NCBI GenBank assembly: GCA_951406725.2
Contig: OX597824.1
Coordinates: 32,322,001-32,384,000 of the forward strand
DNA length: 62,000 nt
Direction of reading: 5' to 3'
Origin: Octopus vulgaris
Lineage: Eukaryota
Part shown: piece after piece, positions 28,257 through 41,061 of the stretch
Layout: each line of letters starts with the position of its first letter
Position numbering within the stretch: position 1 is the first letter of the stretch
The notes under the pieces: model-generated
What the model saw: only the letters and a program-made list of their open reading frames with translations
Database searches by the model: none
Told to the model about the DNA's origin: nothing
Program-made: the position numbers and the translations under genes

Positions 28257-31200
28257 TACGACGGGCTTCTTTCAGTTTCCGTCTACCAAATCCACTCACA
28301 AGGCTTTGGTCGGCTCGAGGCTATAGTAGAAGACACTTGCCCAAGGTGCCACGCAGTGGTACTGAACCCGGAACCTTGTGGTTGGTAAGCAAGCTACTTA
28401 CCACACAGCCACTCCTGCGCCTATGCCAATAAATTAACATTACATTTGATAGAGTAATCTGAATGCTGAAGGGTTAAACTGGCAACATCTGGCTTATCAT
28501 ACCTACCCTACAATGTCATTCTAAAAATGAATAATCATAGCATCAAAAACCTCGAAACTGTGAGACAACACATGGGTAATTCAAAACAATGTGAATAAAT
28601 AAACATTAGATTTGGCTGATTAATCTGAATGTTAACTCATATTCTCAACTTAGAATTAAGGAGAAAAACTCAGTTTGACCTCATTTATTATTTTTAATAA
28701 AAATGCTCTATAGATTTAATATTATATATGGGCCTCACAGTGGCAAAGTGGCTGAGTTCCTCTTGAGCACTGGGCCTGACGGAGGCAAAATAGTTGAGTT
28801 CCTTTCAAGTGTTGAGCCTCATGGAGGCGAGGTGGCTGAGTTCCTTTTGAGTATTGGGCCTCATGGAGGCGAGGTGGTTGAATTCCTTTTGAGTATTGGG
28901 CCTCATAGAGGCGAGGTGGCTGAGATCCTTTTGAGTACTGGGCCTCATGGAGGCAATGACCAAGACCTTTGGCATTATGTCATGCTTGAGAAGAAGACCC
29001 ACAAAGCCAAGCAAAATCACAGACATGGCAGATACCAGTGTCACACAAACTGGCACCTGTGCTGGTGACATGTAAATGTACCCCAGTGTTATGCAAATGG
29101 CACCCATGCTGGTGGCATGTAAAAGCACCCATTACACTCTTGGAGTGGTTGGCATTAGGAAGGACATCCAGCCATAGAAAACCATACCAAATCAGACTGG
29201 AGTCTGGTGCAGCATTCCAGCATGCCAGCAGAGACAACAGCATAGACAACAGACGTTAAATGATGATAATGATGATGATGATGTGTGTGTTGTTGGGTGA
29301 GGTAAGATTCTTCATGAAGTATGTACCGAGTCAGAATAAGATATTTATTTTATAAAAACAATAAACAATGTCAACTGTTAATTATAAAACCCCCACTGTA
29401 GATTATTACCCTAAGACACAAATTTTGAAAAACATACAATATACCTAATATAGTTTAGCGGGGGTTAATATATATTTCTTTACTATCCACAAGGGGCTAA
29501 ACACAGAGGAGACAAACAAGGACAGACAAAGGGATTAAGACCCCAGTGCGTAATTGGTACTTTATTTAATCGACCCCGAAAGGATGAAAGGCAAAATCGA
29601 CCTCGGCGGAATTTGAACTCAGAACGTAACGGCAGACGAAATACGGCAACGCATTTCGCCCGGCGTGCTAACGTTTCTGCCAGCTCGCCGCTGGTTAATA
29701 TAATGTAGTGAACCTCCCTCTACTATCACTAATTTTTAATTATTAACTATTGTACCTGTATTGAGGAGAAGAAATCGTTAGTTTTAATGATTAATTCTGG
29801 ATAAGAAAGAGAGACTTATTTAAAATTAAAATTAATTAAAAATGTTGAGTTGGGTATGAGGTAGAAAGGGCATGTGATTTTTGACAAGTTCAAGGATAAA
29901 CAAGGCTATATTTTCTTCTTATTAGACCTCTTCATAAAGATTTTGAATAAATAAACATTCCTGCTGCAACACCTTAAAATAATTCTGAGATACTTTCTCC
30001 AGTTATAAAAAAAGAAATATACTTTAGTTATTAGAACACTTACCAAAAGCATTTCATTTGGACCTTCAGAGGTAGCTGAAGGTAATTCTTTTGATGGTAC
30101 ACTACCATTTATTGTTGTAGCATCAACTTCTGGTGCCGTCTGTCCCTCTGTCACACTGATAGATCTGAAGGAATAAATAAGGAACTTGTGAATCCTTAAC
30201 TGACAAACTGAACAACACACACACACATACATGCACACATATATATGATAGGCTTCTTTCTGTTTTCATCTACCAAATTTACTCACAAAGGTTTGGTTGT
30301 CCTGGGGGTTATTATAAAAGGCACTTGCCTGAGGTGACACACAGAACAATGTGGTTGGGAAGCAACCTTCTTACCACACACACACACACACACACACATG
30401 CACACATGTCTGTGCCTATAATATTAATATTTTCATTTCAGGGTTAGCAATTTTGAGGGGAAGGGCAAGTTGATTATATCAACCCCAGTACTTGATTGGT
30501 ACTTTATTTAACTGACCATGTAGGATGAAAGCACAGTTGACCTTTGTGGGATTTGAACTCAGAATGTAAAGAGTCAGAAGAAATGCCGCTAAGCAGTTTG
30601 TCCGATGAGCCAAAGATTCTTATTTCTTTACTGCCCACAAGGGGCTACACACAGAGGGGACAAACAAGAACAGACAAAATGGACTAAGTTGATTATATCG
30701 ACCCCAGTGCATAACTGGTACTTATTTAATTGACCCTGAAAGGATGAAAGGCAAAATCGACCTTAGTGGAATTTGAACTCAGAACATAATGGCAGACGAA
30801 ATACTGTAAAGCATTTCACTTGGCATGCTAATGTTTCTGCCAGCTCGCCGCCTTATAGATGAGTTAAAGATTCTACCCGCTCATCACCCTTGTAAAAGGG
30901 TAAAGGGTAAAGACCTCCTTTGGTCATGAATGACTATGGAATTGCATCTAGAAAGTTACTCTCCAAGGTACAAGTCTGGGCAAGGTTGTTTATGGAAGAC
31001 CAGCAGTTACCCATGCATACCAGCCTCCCCTCTCTGTGCCACCGATGTTATCCAAGAGAAAAGTAAAGGCTAATACAGTTTGGTACCAGTGACATTTCTA
31101 CAGTTAAGTGAACTATAGCAATGTGAAATAAAGTGTCTTGCTCAAGAACACAACACAGCCTGGTCTGGGAATTGAACTCGTTACGTCATGATTGTGAACC

Positions 31201-31717
31201 TGATGCTCTAACCACTGAGCCATGTGCCCTCACCCTATATTAGTATTAGTAGTAGTTGTATGGGTTATAACAGATATTCTGGTCAATACCACAGATTTAC
31301 TAGTCAGTTGCTTGACCTTTGCCAGTTGAACATGTCCCTTGGTGGCTGACAATATGTACATCTCTTATCACAAGTGGGAGTAGTTGGGGAGCATTACAGC
31401 TGTGTGTAGAGAGGAATTCCTTGGGGTTTGAATCTTTCACTTTTGGAAATCTGAGTGCTTTGTTCATTCTTAAACAAACCTCATTCAGGAACTTTTTAAG
31501 TGGGATGGGCTACTTGACCTGAAAAAAATTCTAACTGGCACCAACCTGCAAGGTCATGCATCATTTATCTTGATATGAGAACACTATGTCATGCACATAT
31601 GGTTGTGATGCATGTACCTGGTGTATCCTTATCAGACGGGTAGTCATGATGGGTATATTGGGCTTTGTATATTTGTACCCCAGTGTCAATTTGAAGGCAT
31701 GCATTCCTCTCTCATTC

Positions 31718-31768
<51 letters not shown>

Positions 31769-34700
31769 CCTTTCTACTATAGTCACAAAGCATGGAATTT
31801 GAGAAGAGGAGTATAGTTGATCATTTTGACCCCAATGCTTGACTGATACTTAATTTATCAACCCCAAAAGGATAAAAGGCAAAATTAGCCTCGGCGGAAT
31901 TTGAACCCAGAACATAAAGGTGGACGAAATGCAACTAAACATTTTGTCTGGTGAGCTAATGATTCTGCCCACACACTGCCTTGATAATGATAATAATAAT
32001 GACATCACAATACTACAAGTAATAATGGTGTTAGAAATGAAAGAAGTGAATGAGCTTTAACTTACTCTTTCAGACCATTTTCCTTCTTAGCAGGGAACGT
32101 TTTAACAGGTCCTCCATTTTCTTGTGTAACTTTTGGTCCTGCCGGTGCCGCTCCACTAGGCGTTTCTGGGGCTCCTAATGCCAATGGAGCAGGCATTATA
32201 GCAGGGGGGTGTTTGGTAGCAGCAGCCTTTACAGCATCTGAAGTCACCTCCATACCTCGATCACCCATCATCATATTTATCAAGAATTTGGCTAAAGTCC
32301 TTTTAGTAATAAATATTGACAAATATAAGAAATTAAGACATTTATCAACAACTGTATTTTAAGAAATAGGAATTATTTTAATATTATAAAATTACAGACT
32401 TAATTACAAATCAAAATTTGTGTTGTGACCCCCTTCAGTCATGAATGGCCATGGGATTGCACCTAGAAAGTTAACCCTCCGAGGCACAAGTCTGGGCAAG
32501 GCTGTTTATGGAAGACCAGTAGTTACCCATGCATACCAGCCTCCCCTCTCCATGCCACCAATGTTATCCAAGGGAAAGGCAAAGACGGATACAGATTGGC
32601 ACCAGTGATGTCACAGCTCATTTATTAATGTGCAAGTGGCTGAGCACTCCACAGACACGTGTACCCTTAACGTAGTTCTTGGGGAGAATCAGCGTGACAC
32701 AAAGGTACAACAGAAACAAGAAAAAAGAGCGAGAGAAAGTTGTAGTGAAAGAGTACAGCAGGGTTCACTCCTACCTCCTGCCGGAGCCTCATGGAACTTT
32801 AGGTCTTTTTGCTCAATAAACACTCAAAATGCCCGCTCTGGGAATCGAAAACCTGGTCCTACAACCGAGAGTCCACTGCCCTAACCACTGGGCCATTGCG
32901 CCTCCACATGAATCAAAATTGCAGATAAGTATATTATACATATATGTGTGCATATGAGTGTGTGTGCACACTCGTGCACTTGTGTGTCTTATCTTATCTT
33001 TATCTTTTATTTATTTCAGTCATTAACTGTGGCCATACTGGAGCACCACCTTGAATTTTTTAGTTGAATGAATTGACCTCAGAACTTACTTTTTAAGTCT
33101 GTTATTTATTCTATTTTTGCTGAATCACTAAGTTATCACTAGCTGTCAAGCAGTGGTGGAGGAAAAAACACAGACACAAAGACACACACACTGACATACA
33201 TACATACATACATACATACATACATACATACATACATACATACATACATTCATACATATACATATATATATGTCTGTGTGTGTGTCTTCTAGGATCTCGG
33301 GCATCCTGCATCCGATTGCACTCAAATTTGATATGTATCAGGGCGTGTATAAGGCTTGAAAAAATTGCAAAAATCGATTCCAGGTGAGAATGCGATCGAT
33401 AAAGCCGTGGGAACGTACATTTGTATGTGCAAGTACTTCAGCTGCTACAATCGTACATGAGAAAAATGCACATGCAGCTTGCACAAAAAAAGCCTGCTGG
33501 CTTGAAATAATGCCACAAAATGGGACGGTTGTACAAGTTGTTTTGAGAAAATTTGGTTTCAGTATTTGACAACTCAGCACCGTCCATTTGACAGGGGGCA
33601 TTTTGCTCGTATATATATATATATATATATTTCCTTTCATTCTTCTCATTTCCATCTTTTTAAAAATAACTCCTTACATTGATCTCTACTATTTCCCTCT
33701 ATTTAACCATCTCACATCGTCTCTGATGAAGGGATATCCCTAATATCCCAGAAACAGCTGTAAGGCTAGCTTTCTCTTTATAAATGTCCTGAAAATTCCA
33801 CACAGCCTTAGCTCTGTGGTCTCATTTTATTTAACACACACACACACACACATATATATACATATATGATGAGCTTCTTTCAGTTTCTGTCTATCAAATT
33901 CACTCACAAAGCTTTGACTGGCCTGATTATATAGAAGATACTTGCCCAAGGTGCCACACAGTGGGACTGAACTTAGAACCATGTGATTGGGAACCAAACT
34001 TCTTACCACACAGCCACACCTACATATTATATATATATACATACATATCATACATATATATAATATTTTTCTCATTGATTTACTGGCTACAGTTGCATAT
34101 ATATGTGTGTGTGTGTGTGTGCATGTGTGTGTTTGTATCTTATCTTTATCTTTTACTTATTTCAGTCATTAACTACTGCCATGCTGGGGCACCACCTTGA
34201 ATTTTTAATTGAATGAATTGACCTCAGAACTTACTTTTTAAGTCTGTTATTTATTCTATTTTTCTCTTTTTGCTGTATTAAGCTTTAAGACTTATTTAAT
34301 ACAAATTACAAACTTATGGATTTTTGAAATTAAACATTCATTATTTTCCTATGTTCACATACACCCCATTTGTTTGTTAAGAACATGAAATTTGCTTCTG
34401 GCATTATCAAATTTGCCCATCCCTGTTCTAGAGAATGACTTTCATATCTGTAACAATTTACTTACCAGAATATATGGAATATCAGTGTTAATATTGATAG
34501 TCCAAATTGGAAATTTCCTTTTAGGATCATCATAAACAGTTGTCCGTAGGTCATACTGCGGAATGTATGATATGTATTCTTGATATTGGACCATGTGAAC
34601 AATGATAATAAGGATCCGATGAAATCTCGAATGGTACGATATGTTGCCTTCACGGGCTCTAAAATGCTGTCAAAAGAAAAATAGATATACATGTCAAAAT

Positions 34701-35109
34701 TAAAGAATTATATATATACATTTTTTTATTTGTGGGTTAACAAGGCAACCAGTGGTTTCATGTAAAGTGATCTTCACAATTATTCATGCATGCCGCATTG
34801 AAATGTTATTTATTTATATCAAAACAAAAGACCAGAAAAAATTTGGTATATTTTTAATTCTATGTTACAGGTGTTTCATTACAGGATAAATGTTGCAAAG
34901 GTATACATATAGAAAAACATGTATAGAATCTCCTATCCTTAATCCTTCAGACAAAATTTAAAAAATAATACAAAATTATGTTGTATGACAAAACAAAATT
35001 ACACTCACCTTCCTGCTCCTACACCACCTATCACAGATGACAACTTCAACTCCTCCCCGGTGATACTCGTTGCATGTTGCATCTGACGATAAATAATAAT
35101 AATGATAAC

Positions 35110-35155
<46 letters not shown>

Positions 35156-38100
35156 GAGGGTGAAGTGAAGATAATAGATGTTGCAATACCAGGTGATTCG
35201 AGGGTGAAATGTAAGGGAACAGAAAAGATTGAGAAATACCAGCCACTGCAGGATGAGATGGGAAAGTTATGGGACATCTGTAAAGTAATGGTGATACTAG
35301 TGGCAATTGGAGCATTAGGAACACTCTCCAAAGGTTTTGAAAACCATATTAAGAATATTGGAGCTGCTGTCAGGCTCAAGATGATTCAGAAGACAACATA
35401 GTTGGGTACAGCTCGCATTCTAAGTCACAGGAGAAGGCACTATTTGAAACCTTTAATGATTTGTTATTGCTTGCTTTCAAGTAAAGAATAACCGGTAATT
35501 AAGAACTATGTGAGTCTTTCAGAATAATAATAACAACAATAATAATAATAATAAATGTGGCATCTCAAGGTCATTACGATACCAGTGATTGTAGGAGCAT
35601 TAGGAATGATCAGAAAAGGAACTGAAAATTATTTGAGAATGATTCCTGGCCTCTGCAAGAAATGCAGAAGATTGTTTTAACTGGTACTTCACAGGTGCTG
35701 AGAAAATCATTGCTGCCATAAGAACAATAACTTTCCATATAATAAATATTTTTCTACATAACTTTATTTGATTTTGTAAATGAGCACTCTGGTGCATTTA
35801 TCTTAACGGCCTATGAATGTATACAGTGAGTTTCTGTGCCTTAGGTGTTGGGAAGACACTCAGCAAGAAATGGAAACAAAATTGAAGAAGAAAATCTCTC
35901 TAACAGGCTTATGGTGAAGCCTGTGGTAGTGGGGACCTCTGGCGTTCTTGGCCTCTGGACCATATTCTTGTTCACTGCTATAGAGGCAGAGATGTCTGTC
36001 TACAAGTGCAAGCCTCATGAGTTCCACAGCACTTCCTTCACCATCCTCCGGGACAACACCTTTTCCATTTTGTCTGGTGGGGCCATGAAGCAGTCTGACT
36101 TACAGGAAAATCTATGCTCCACTCCTTAAATACTTAGATCTAGGGTATCAATACTTAGAATATGAACTCCTATATTTTAATCTTTAAATAGATATAATTT
36201 GAAGTCTAAAACAATATTATGACTTAATGTTTTTATTCCATATGTCATAATATTAATAATAAGAACAATATATACATCAGTCTAAAATTTCATATAGAAT
36301 TTAAATCATTTTATCTTTCACCAGGAATTGATATGAAGTATATGGTTTATAATGATGATAATAAGTGTATTCTCTCTAAAATTTCATATAGATATTTTAA
36401 ATCAAATATTTTTATCTTTCACTACGAATTGATATTATGTGTATCGTTTATAACGATAATAATAAGTGTGTTCTCTCTTGAGTTCTATGATTCATCAGGC
36501 AGTTTTTTTTATTTTCATGGCACATAAGTGACTTAGTTCATGCCACTGACCATCAAAAGGGTGTCGGTTCATTGCAGGGTTTACTCATTTAGAGCTGAGT
36601 TAGCAAGAGCAACCTGAAATGAAGTACTTTGCTTAAGAACACAATGCACTGCTGGGTCTGAGAATTAAAACTACGATCTTACTATCATGAATACAACACC
36701 CTAATCACTAGGCCATGTGCTTTCATAATGATTATAATGAGAATGACAATAATGATAGCATTGTTAATGATAGTGATATAAAGAAGGATTGGAACAAATG
36801 TAACGATGATGATGATAGTGAAGGTAAAAATGATATTGATAACAAAAAACATTACTACAATGGCAAGTCCTTACCTCAAAGATTGTGTCTTCACAAAAGT
36901 TGACAAAACTTTCCAGTTTTTCTTTATCTCCTCCCTCATTGATCACGCTGTGCAAAAATGATCGTTTAGATTCCTAGGATAATAAAGAAGAAAAAAACAT
37001 TTAAGATAAATGTGAAGAAAATAAAGCATATCAACTCTTACAAGCAATGACAGCATGGCTGTTTATCATTTTACTGTCCTTTTTACATAATTTCTCTAAT
37101 TTTTTAACTGTGAAATTAAATTTTATGCTTATTCCAGTAACGATGTTAAACGTCTACCAAAGAAGAAAAAAAAATAGAATCGGTATTTTATGCGAGTCTC
37201 ATGCCAATATGGAACATGGACATTGAATGATGACCATCTCTCTCTCTGTCTCTGACACACACATGATATATTATATTATGTATATATAACGTACATATGT
37301 ATATATATATATACAAGTGTATGTATATATATATATCATCATCATCATCATCATCATCGTTTAACGTCCGTTTTCCACGCTAGCACGGGTTGGACAGTTC
37401 GACCGGGGTCTGGGAAGCCAGGGGCTGCACCAGGCTCCAGTCTGATCTGGCAGTGTTTCTACAGCTGGATGCCCTTCCTAATGCCAACCACTCTGCGAGT
37501 GTAGTGGGTGCTTTTTACGTGCCACCTGCACAGGTGCCAGGGGGGGGGGTCTGGCATCGGCCATGATCGGTTGGTTCTTTTAACGTGCCACCGGCACGGG
37601 AGCCAACCAAGGTGGCGCTGGCATCGGCCACATTTGGATGGTGCTTTTTATGTGCCACCGGCACAGAAGCCAGTCGAGGCTTATATATATACGGGATATA
37701 TTATTCACCATTACATGTTTCATTTGCTAATAGGACTTGCAAAGTTGTATATGTTGAATAAACATGTAAGAAATTTCCTTTTAGAAATTCTTCAGACTGA
37801 AAATCAAATTATCATTATCATCATCACTGTTTAACGTCTACTTTCCATGCTGACATGGGTTGGACATAATACATTATATTCTCCTTTTTATTATTTGATT
37901 CTCTGTTTGAAGAATTCCTAATAGGAAAGAAGTCTTATATATAGAAGAATGTTGTGGTGAGGATGTATAAATCCGAAGAAAAATATTTTATAAAGGAAAG
38001 TTAGTTGAACGGAAAAAGCTTAACAAAATCAAAAGAAGTAATCTTTATTTACCTTGATTTGAGGTTTTTCCCATTGGTCAATCTGTGACTGTTTGATCTC

Positions 38101-38492
38101 AAAATAAATACGTTCAATTCTGTTGGCACTACCCATGATCTCTATTCTGCCCAAGTAAGGTTTAAAGTAATCAAGGACACTTCGAGCCTTCTCAAGGAAG
38201 CGCTCAAGCCTAAGGAAAGAATATAATAAAATATAGTCCTTGTACAACAAGCCAAAAAAGTAAGATTTTAAGTGACAACAAATAAATAATATTCACACAC
38301 ACCACATACATACATACATACATACATATATAGTGGCACTACTATATATGAATATATGCAATTCTGAAGCCCTGTTCATTAACCAAATTATTCGTTGCAT
38401 GATTAATTGAAATACATATAAATATAAGTCATATCCAAACTCCATATAAAAACATGAAATGTTGTTTTATTTGTCCATCCATCAACAGTAAA

Positions 38493-38550
<58 letters not shown>

Positions 38551-40340
38551 TATATGCTTAACCACTAAATCTACAAGTTTTTTTCATTCTTCCTCTGTTT
38601 ATTTTCTCTTATTCCTTTCTGTTGAAGAGTGTTGGCTTGAAACATAAAAGACTTTTTCATTTTCCTGAGCATCAAACTAATACACTTGTTCGTTGTTCCT
38701 ACACCTGTCTTCATCTTTTGTTTTTCTATAAATTTTCTATATAATTTCTATATATATGTATGTTTGTGGTTTTCCCTTTGTCTTACTCCTCTCATCCAAG
38801 GTTATGTTTTTAGCAAAAAATATGAGAAACATTATCATTTTCTGTATAAAACCCGAAAACTTGAAAGCCACATAAAATGCATATATAGACATTAACGAAC
38901 TGTTTGTACACATTTCCCAGCCACTTATATTCATGCATAGTCTGCTTGTGCTCTGTTGTTCAAATTTTACCTTTTTGGGTGAATATAATTTTCTTCAGAA
39001 AAAATTTTTTATTCAATTTGTAAATTTAGAACAATGGTTCTCAACAATTTTTTGCTTACAGACACCATTGATTTCTATTTTACTCAGAAGAGACACCCTC
39101 ATAGCTGTTTGATGTCTAAAATCTCCTATTATATTTTTATGATTAAATATTAAGATTTATATTACAAAATTTTTAAACATTTTGTGTAATTGTAGAAATA
39201 TAACAATTTTATTGTACATAAATTTGAACAACCAAATTTCATATGGACCTTGAAGGGCCATATAAACCCAAATTGAGAACCACTGATTTAGAGAGCAGCT
39301 TATATACAGGATACTCCACTGTATTTAATGATTAAAATCCATTTTTGTGAGCTGCATTAAAAATAGGTACAAAACTAGACATATAATACAAGAATGTTTT
39401 AGATTGTAGGGGACACAAAATAAAATCAAAATTGAATATTAATTTATTTCATTACCGTGGATCATTGGGTGAGTGTTCAGAAAGATTAGTCAATAAGACT
39501 GCCATGGTGAAACCAATATCCTTTGCTGGATTATGGAAACGCTCAGTAAATTCATCATAATCAACTTTTCCATCCTGGTCCACATCGACACACATCATGA
39601 TGTAATCAATCTCCTCGCTACAAAAACAGCCACAATGAAATATTTTATCATAATAAAACCATATTGCAAAATGGCGGAAAAGTATATCATCGCAAAAATA
39701 CAAAAATATAATTGGAAATATTTGAAGAATATTTTCATTGAGAAATACTTTAAAATATCAATAAAATTCTATTGAATTTTATACAGATATTTTCTATTTA
39801 TCCAATATGAAATTAACAACAACAATAGTAGAAACTTTTAAATATTTATACATATTTTCAAGAAAATAAACGCTGAAATGTTAATTTTCTTTGTTATAAG
39901 TTTATGTTAACATTGGGCAGGAATATTTTTTTCCTATCTTTTCACTGATACAAAATGATCTTAATCATTGTTCAGATTGCAAATTAATGATTATGGAAAC
40001 TTGGCATCACAAAATAACCAAACTAATCTTAATTAATTAGTAAGATCTAACAAAGCTTTAAGTTCAATAATCAATTATTGATATTATTACATACAAATAT
40101 GGTTTAATAGCATTATATAACATTTATTCATTATTGTCCATAATGAATAATGAGAAAGCAAGTTATTCAGAAATATATATGATAGATACATAAATGTGTA
40201 TGGATATTCACACTTTTCTCTTAAACATAAATACATAAATATAAACATATACTTAAGACTTTGCAATCAGAAATTTTTGGTGGTTTAGTTAATATTAACA
40301 ATAAAAAATTAAAGTAAATTCTTATCAAGAAAAGATAAAA

Positions 40341-40416
<76 letters not shown>

Positions 40417-40506
40417 ATATGTATGTATGTGTATGTATATATATATACATGCATACACATGTCATATATATATACATATATATACACATACGTATATAGA
40501 TACATG

Positions 40507-40547
<41 letters not shown>

Positions 40548-40735
40548 ATATATATATATACATACATACATACACATATCATATATACATACATATATAG
40601 ATACATGTATGTATTTATATATATATATATACATACATATAAATACATATATATACAAACATATATGCATATATATATATATATATATATACATACATGC
40701 ATATATATATATATATACACATAAATATACATGCA

Positions 40736-40777
<42 letters not shown>

Positions 40778-41026
40778 CACACACATACATACATATATAT
40801 GCATACATACATATACATATATATATATATATATATACACACACATACATACATATATATGCATACATACATAAATATATTTATTTATATACATAATACA
40901 TACATACATACATAAATATATTTATTTATATACATAATACATACATACATACATATATATATATATATACATAATACATAAATACATACATATATATATA
41001 TATATACATAATACATAAATACATAC

Positions 41027-41061
<35 letters not shown>

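Noticed and set aside
28730-28955. CRISPR-like regular repeats
   Set aside because: Head-to-tail units with no unique spacers, in a eukaryotic intron.
36104-36124. 21-nt in-frame microexon candidate (EWSIDFP; ttaag|...|gtaagt) between exons 10 and 11
   Set aside because: It would split the invariant [10 protein letters not shown] motif and has no pyrimidine tract.
38615-38665. Possible third hammerhead (TTGAAGA...GAAAC)
   Set aside because: The core deviates from CUGANGA and helices II and III cannot be formed convincingly in this copy.
40221-40915. Long ORFs (up to 215 aa) of YI/CV/HT repeats, and similar ORFs at 17405-17785, 25664-26049, 47869-48180, 56361-56828
   Set aside because: Stop-free translations of microsatellites; no coding evidence.
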